Source: Candidatus Poribacteria bacterium (GTDB lineage: Bacteria; Poribacteria; WGA-4E; WGA-3G). From it: a stretch of 64,000 bases of DNA. Below the pieces are notes generated by a model. The model had not been told where the DNA came from. It did not search any database and was given only the letters and a program-made list of their open reading frames with translations. The position numbers were made by a program, and so were the translations under genes. The stretch is taken from contig CAXXUA010000015.1 in the NCBI GenBank assembly GCA_963663765.2, forward strand, positions 384,001 through 448,000, read 5' to 3'. The first letter of the stretch is position 1; every line of letters begins with the position of its first letter. Below, in pieces: positions 62,801 through 64,000 of this stretch.

Positions 62801-64000
62801 GCAATCAATGTTTACGAACAGATTGAGAAAGAGATGCCTGAAGACTTTGAATCACGCGCGCAACTTGCATCACTATATACCCGAAATAACCAACACGATA
62901 AGGCAACTGAAATGTGGAATGGGTTGATTGAATCCGACCCAGAAAACACAAAATATCAAGATGGATTGGTTAACAGCCTTCAAGATGCGGGTAAAAAGGA
63001 AGAAGCACTTCAACTTACGCTGAAATACATTGAAGCCGATCCGGAAAGCAGTGTTCATCACATCCGACTCGCAAAATACTACGCAAATAACGATATGATA
63101 GATGATGCTATCGATACTTTTGAAAAAGCCACTGAACTTGCACCCGGAGATAAACAGACTTACCTACAGATGGCACAACTCTATTTTCTCAAAGATGATA
63201 TGGATAGCGTTGAAAAGGCATATAAAAGCGCAATTCAATTCACACCTTCAGAATATGAACGTAAAAATACCGAACTGAAAATCATTAACCTATATCGTCT
63301 ACAAGGAAATTTAGAAGACAAACTGAAACAGGCTGAAGAAGAAGGCACAATCACTTATGAGATGCAAATGACATGGGCTGATAACTTATTTGATAAAGGT
63401 GAACTACAGAAATCTATTGACGCATATAAGAAAGCAGAAAATATGACAATAAGCACTTATGAGCAAAATAGAATCTCTAATAATCTGCTCAAAATTCAAG
63501 TAAAACTCGGTGATACCGATAAAGTGTTGGAAACCTACGAAAATAATGCGAGTACAAGTACATCCGTTAGATCAATCATGTACCGTTCAGTAGGATTTAC
63601 GGTTGAATCCGATGCTGATGCTTCACGCAAGACGTTGATAAATGCTTTTAAGGATCAAAACAAACTTGACGAACTGAAAACACGTTATGAGAGTAAACTT
63701 GAGAAAAAACCTGAAGATGTTTTAGCACTTTCTGTACTTGCAAACATCTATTGGGATGAGAAAGACTACAAGAATGCGGGTGAAACCTATCAAAAGTTGA
63801 GTAAAGCACAAACAGGTAATATCTTCAACTTTTACTATGCAGCAGTTGCCTTTGAAAAAAACAAACAGTCTGAGCTGTCTAAAGAGATACTCAAAAAGGC
63901 TAAAAGCGCACTCCAGACAAGCAGCAACAGTCATGATATGTATTATCTTGCTGCACTCGGCACGTTCTGTTATGAAAATAAGTTATACGAGCCAGCGATG
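56891..64000 (+). CDS. Giant secreted TPR-repeat protein (>2370 aa, runs off the window end; absent from ORF track)
   Basis: AGGA RBS; MFGREKRIFVVSLFCLFVLTLYFTPITFA signal peptide; repeated TPRs (LILGHIYKRLG...YQRAVELAP). The start frame matches the frame at the window end, and no long ORF is reported here in the track. Confidence 0.9.
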   Translation, partial: MFGREKRIFVVSLFCLFVLTLYFTPITFAQDVTSDEQIIERYKLMLVQKPKEGSTFDRVYQFYLENAGLEALVSDYQAEVQAKPKDANLQLILGHIYKRLGEGTEALETYQRAVELAPDKYYPHVALGKMYATLRQHEAAIQELTKATSLSEQTQNVPPEELTAIYKALGNAYFSRDKVDQAIQAWKQISELDPDDIFARIELADLFREQQLFEQAIAQHEAIIQLKKGEPYRVCLSRREIGNIHEAKGDFEKAIQHYDEALTLTAPGNWLRKDLQHRIIGIFAADSNWEGLIEYYQEKLEATPNEPELIGLLAAAYIENQQLEEGMKTYRKGLELAPTNSALRLNLIASLRNAEKYEEAAAEYEVLSEQSPDDFGIYRELGELYLQIGNQTKAKAVYQKMIERDPKNPSTHLVLAEIYAGHEWIEDAVEQYEKAITLAPKNLDFIEYFGDFYFRQGDREKALETWKRMVAGELHTAQNYNQLAELFNAKKFKTEAVAATRKAVELMPDEYRYREALAKQLMENNEYADALKEFTKAMELAPNAFFAEKMDDKRIELFRRQGTLLEKIEELETKLEKTGLAESDVFTYHKQLAKMYLKLGNVTYALEVLLKAKEQRPDDIGVNRWLAEVYYRQGRRDDSNAVYMYLIELDSANAREYHANIAKSYLNVMDFEAAITAAKQVIAHSPRNPEGHQLLAQVAKQSGEYETAIDSLKQAVRLRPEAIDIRRELAAIYKLSGKLQQSLSQYWRCWELSDNINDKLTFVKPLSEVYYDLGRRGEFEERLKQMAKSSTVGISPVLALAELHRIEGDLPSARFQLAQALNKQRENSELLIHLVQISMELGDLQDALSYQQRLVKVDPDYAHQRRLGELLFDAGREQEAIQAWTKLLHAKNQTLEAEIKLAGLLLRHGLSEEAFIVLDRAAEKISGTDAHLPLYRLGVMLVSMNEPERAQTYFHRILEMSEPIGKTSNKKSAQPSIFYHSSVPGIERNKFKILRGSLGTIQSRPNFAGASMPWMPKDFEEAQSGALVQLTTIAQSQEKLPELIKHFEDKTEANPTDVKSIEILVKLYTLVQFDDKAKAAIGRLVEISPNDSAYQPLRLHRTMEENPDYETLKKSLKEMPGIDNISRLAYIAEYAQILYHKDKKEDAAKLLSEIEDVTVTDINTGFELIDAFRLIKKVDIAERLLTNLPVPPQKQQYQFMRKFESLTDDYIEKDKLEKATALFWTYCERTKPTKINPRRVAALAQASYSYGGYRPIQTSYPAPTAYFNSDRLGYLQSIFRDFWMRDQQQLLLTKFETEFETTEGRNKIFPALALSYCYWWDEKRDEAQQVLTVLQQEFPDDLTLKLNTALASIQTGKHKVATELLENLVATEPRNRKQYQDLLLQLAIHTGDTIAIRELMSKLLSSPTGATELYQYSQKLRDAGFTQYAIAAAKKAMALAMVQRNPNFLIQLGQHLGNLGRGQDASLLAERALRFASRPDRQGRMMYSWNFQQATNLANRSNSIKERENKFIADAEKNPDSFQAQLRLAMYYEGTNKISKAAEAFKAALKLQPKDDMVRLRYIQMMERNGKAVDVIPEYLTLLKNDSSALGYNYEKAVDAFVAAEKFDALISLMKDMIDPVGKYAGSELTAIVGRRCLKEEKVDDAIEIFKKIIKVHPSWYYIHQDLANAYIAAGDIEKAVQYLTDMHELEKTSLTQSQFVLKIAKYYEEADEREKAIQYIREQLGSEDSSNSDIAYVLKLAELYQKDEKLDSFIAEYDAKLADSPEDTQLLYLTATLKLKAEDTEGASTHVNQLIDTSLETIQTQWLYNLAQASEEARSYKLQFHILEAAAEKLERENSWKLEACYKKLGEAYAKRDELEKAQNAFRKMGALQTMQGNQRSVYEKRNLGATYMKHKMWDDAEALFTEIVNDLATSSYDRDYSQGRVMQIKQQRGEFNTSEQITENLQEMGVGMRRAMAKEFAQRNQIGKAINVYEQIEKEMPEDFESRAQLASLYTRNNQHDKATEMWNGLIESDPENTKYQDGLVNSLQDAGKKEEALQLTLKYIEADPESSVHHIRLAKYYANNDMIDDAIDTFEKATELAPGDKQTYLQMAQLYFLKDDMDSVEKAYKSAIQFTPSEYERKNTELKIINLYRLQGNLEDKLKQAEEEGTITYEMQMTWADNLFDKGELQKSIDAYKKAENMTISTYEQNRISNNLLKIQVKLGDTDKVLETYENNASTSTSVRSIMYRSVGFTVESDADASRKTLINAFKDQNKLDELKTRYESKLEKKPEDVLALSVLANIYWDEKDYKNAGETYQKLSKAQTGNIFNFYYAAVAFEKNKQSELSKEILKKAKSALQTSSNSHDMYYLAALGTFCYENKLYEPAM

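Noticed and set aside
58040-63934. Many short ORFs listed in the track
   Set aside because: All lie within the giant TPR gene, in other frames or on the opposite strand.

Overview
AT-rich bacterial chromosomal window. The gene mix (dockerin-fused binding protein, several Gfo/Idh/MocA and PhyH enzymes, C-type-lectin-domain proteins, giant secreted TPR protein) suggests Candidatus Poribacteria or a similar host-associated lineage; this is an inference and was not tested. Housekeeping genes: dapA, dapF, dusB, a solo groEL, pyrB with a fused PyrI Zn domain, apt and hisA. Other coding content: an alpha-2-macroglobulin/pbpC pair behind a consensus sigma-54 promoter, a cytochrome P460 next to a di-heme beta-barrel, a putative sugar-acid catabolic cluster, an ABC-ATPase plus small putative nuclease pair, a degenerate EF-Tu paralog, IS1595 and IS701 remnants, and a >2370-aa TPR ORF missing from the ORF track. 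The most striking unexplained structure is intergenic. Several families of GTAG-type REP hairpins sit inside short elements bounded by terminal inverted repeats (MITE-like, some with 5-bp target duplications). These elements are nested up to three layers deep, and one contains a 26-copy tandem REP array with a 31-bp period. No cas genes, CRISPR array, rRNA, tRNA or RAYT gene were recognised. All calls are by eye from sequence motifs; no database search was run.
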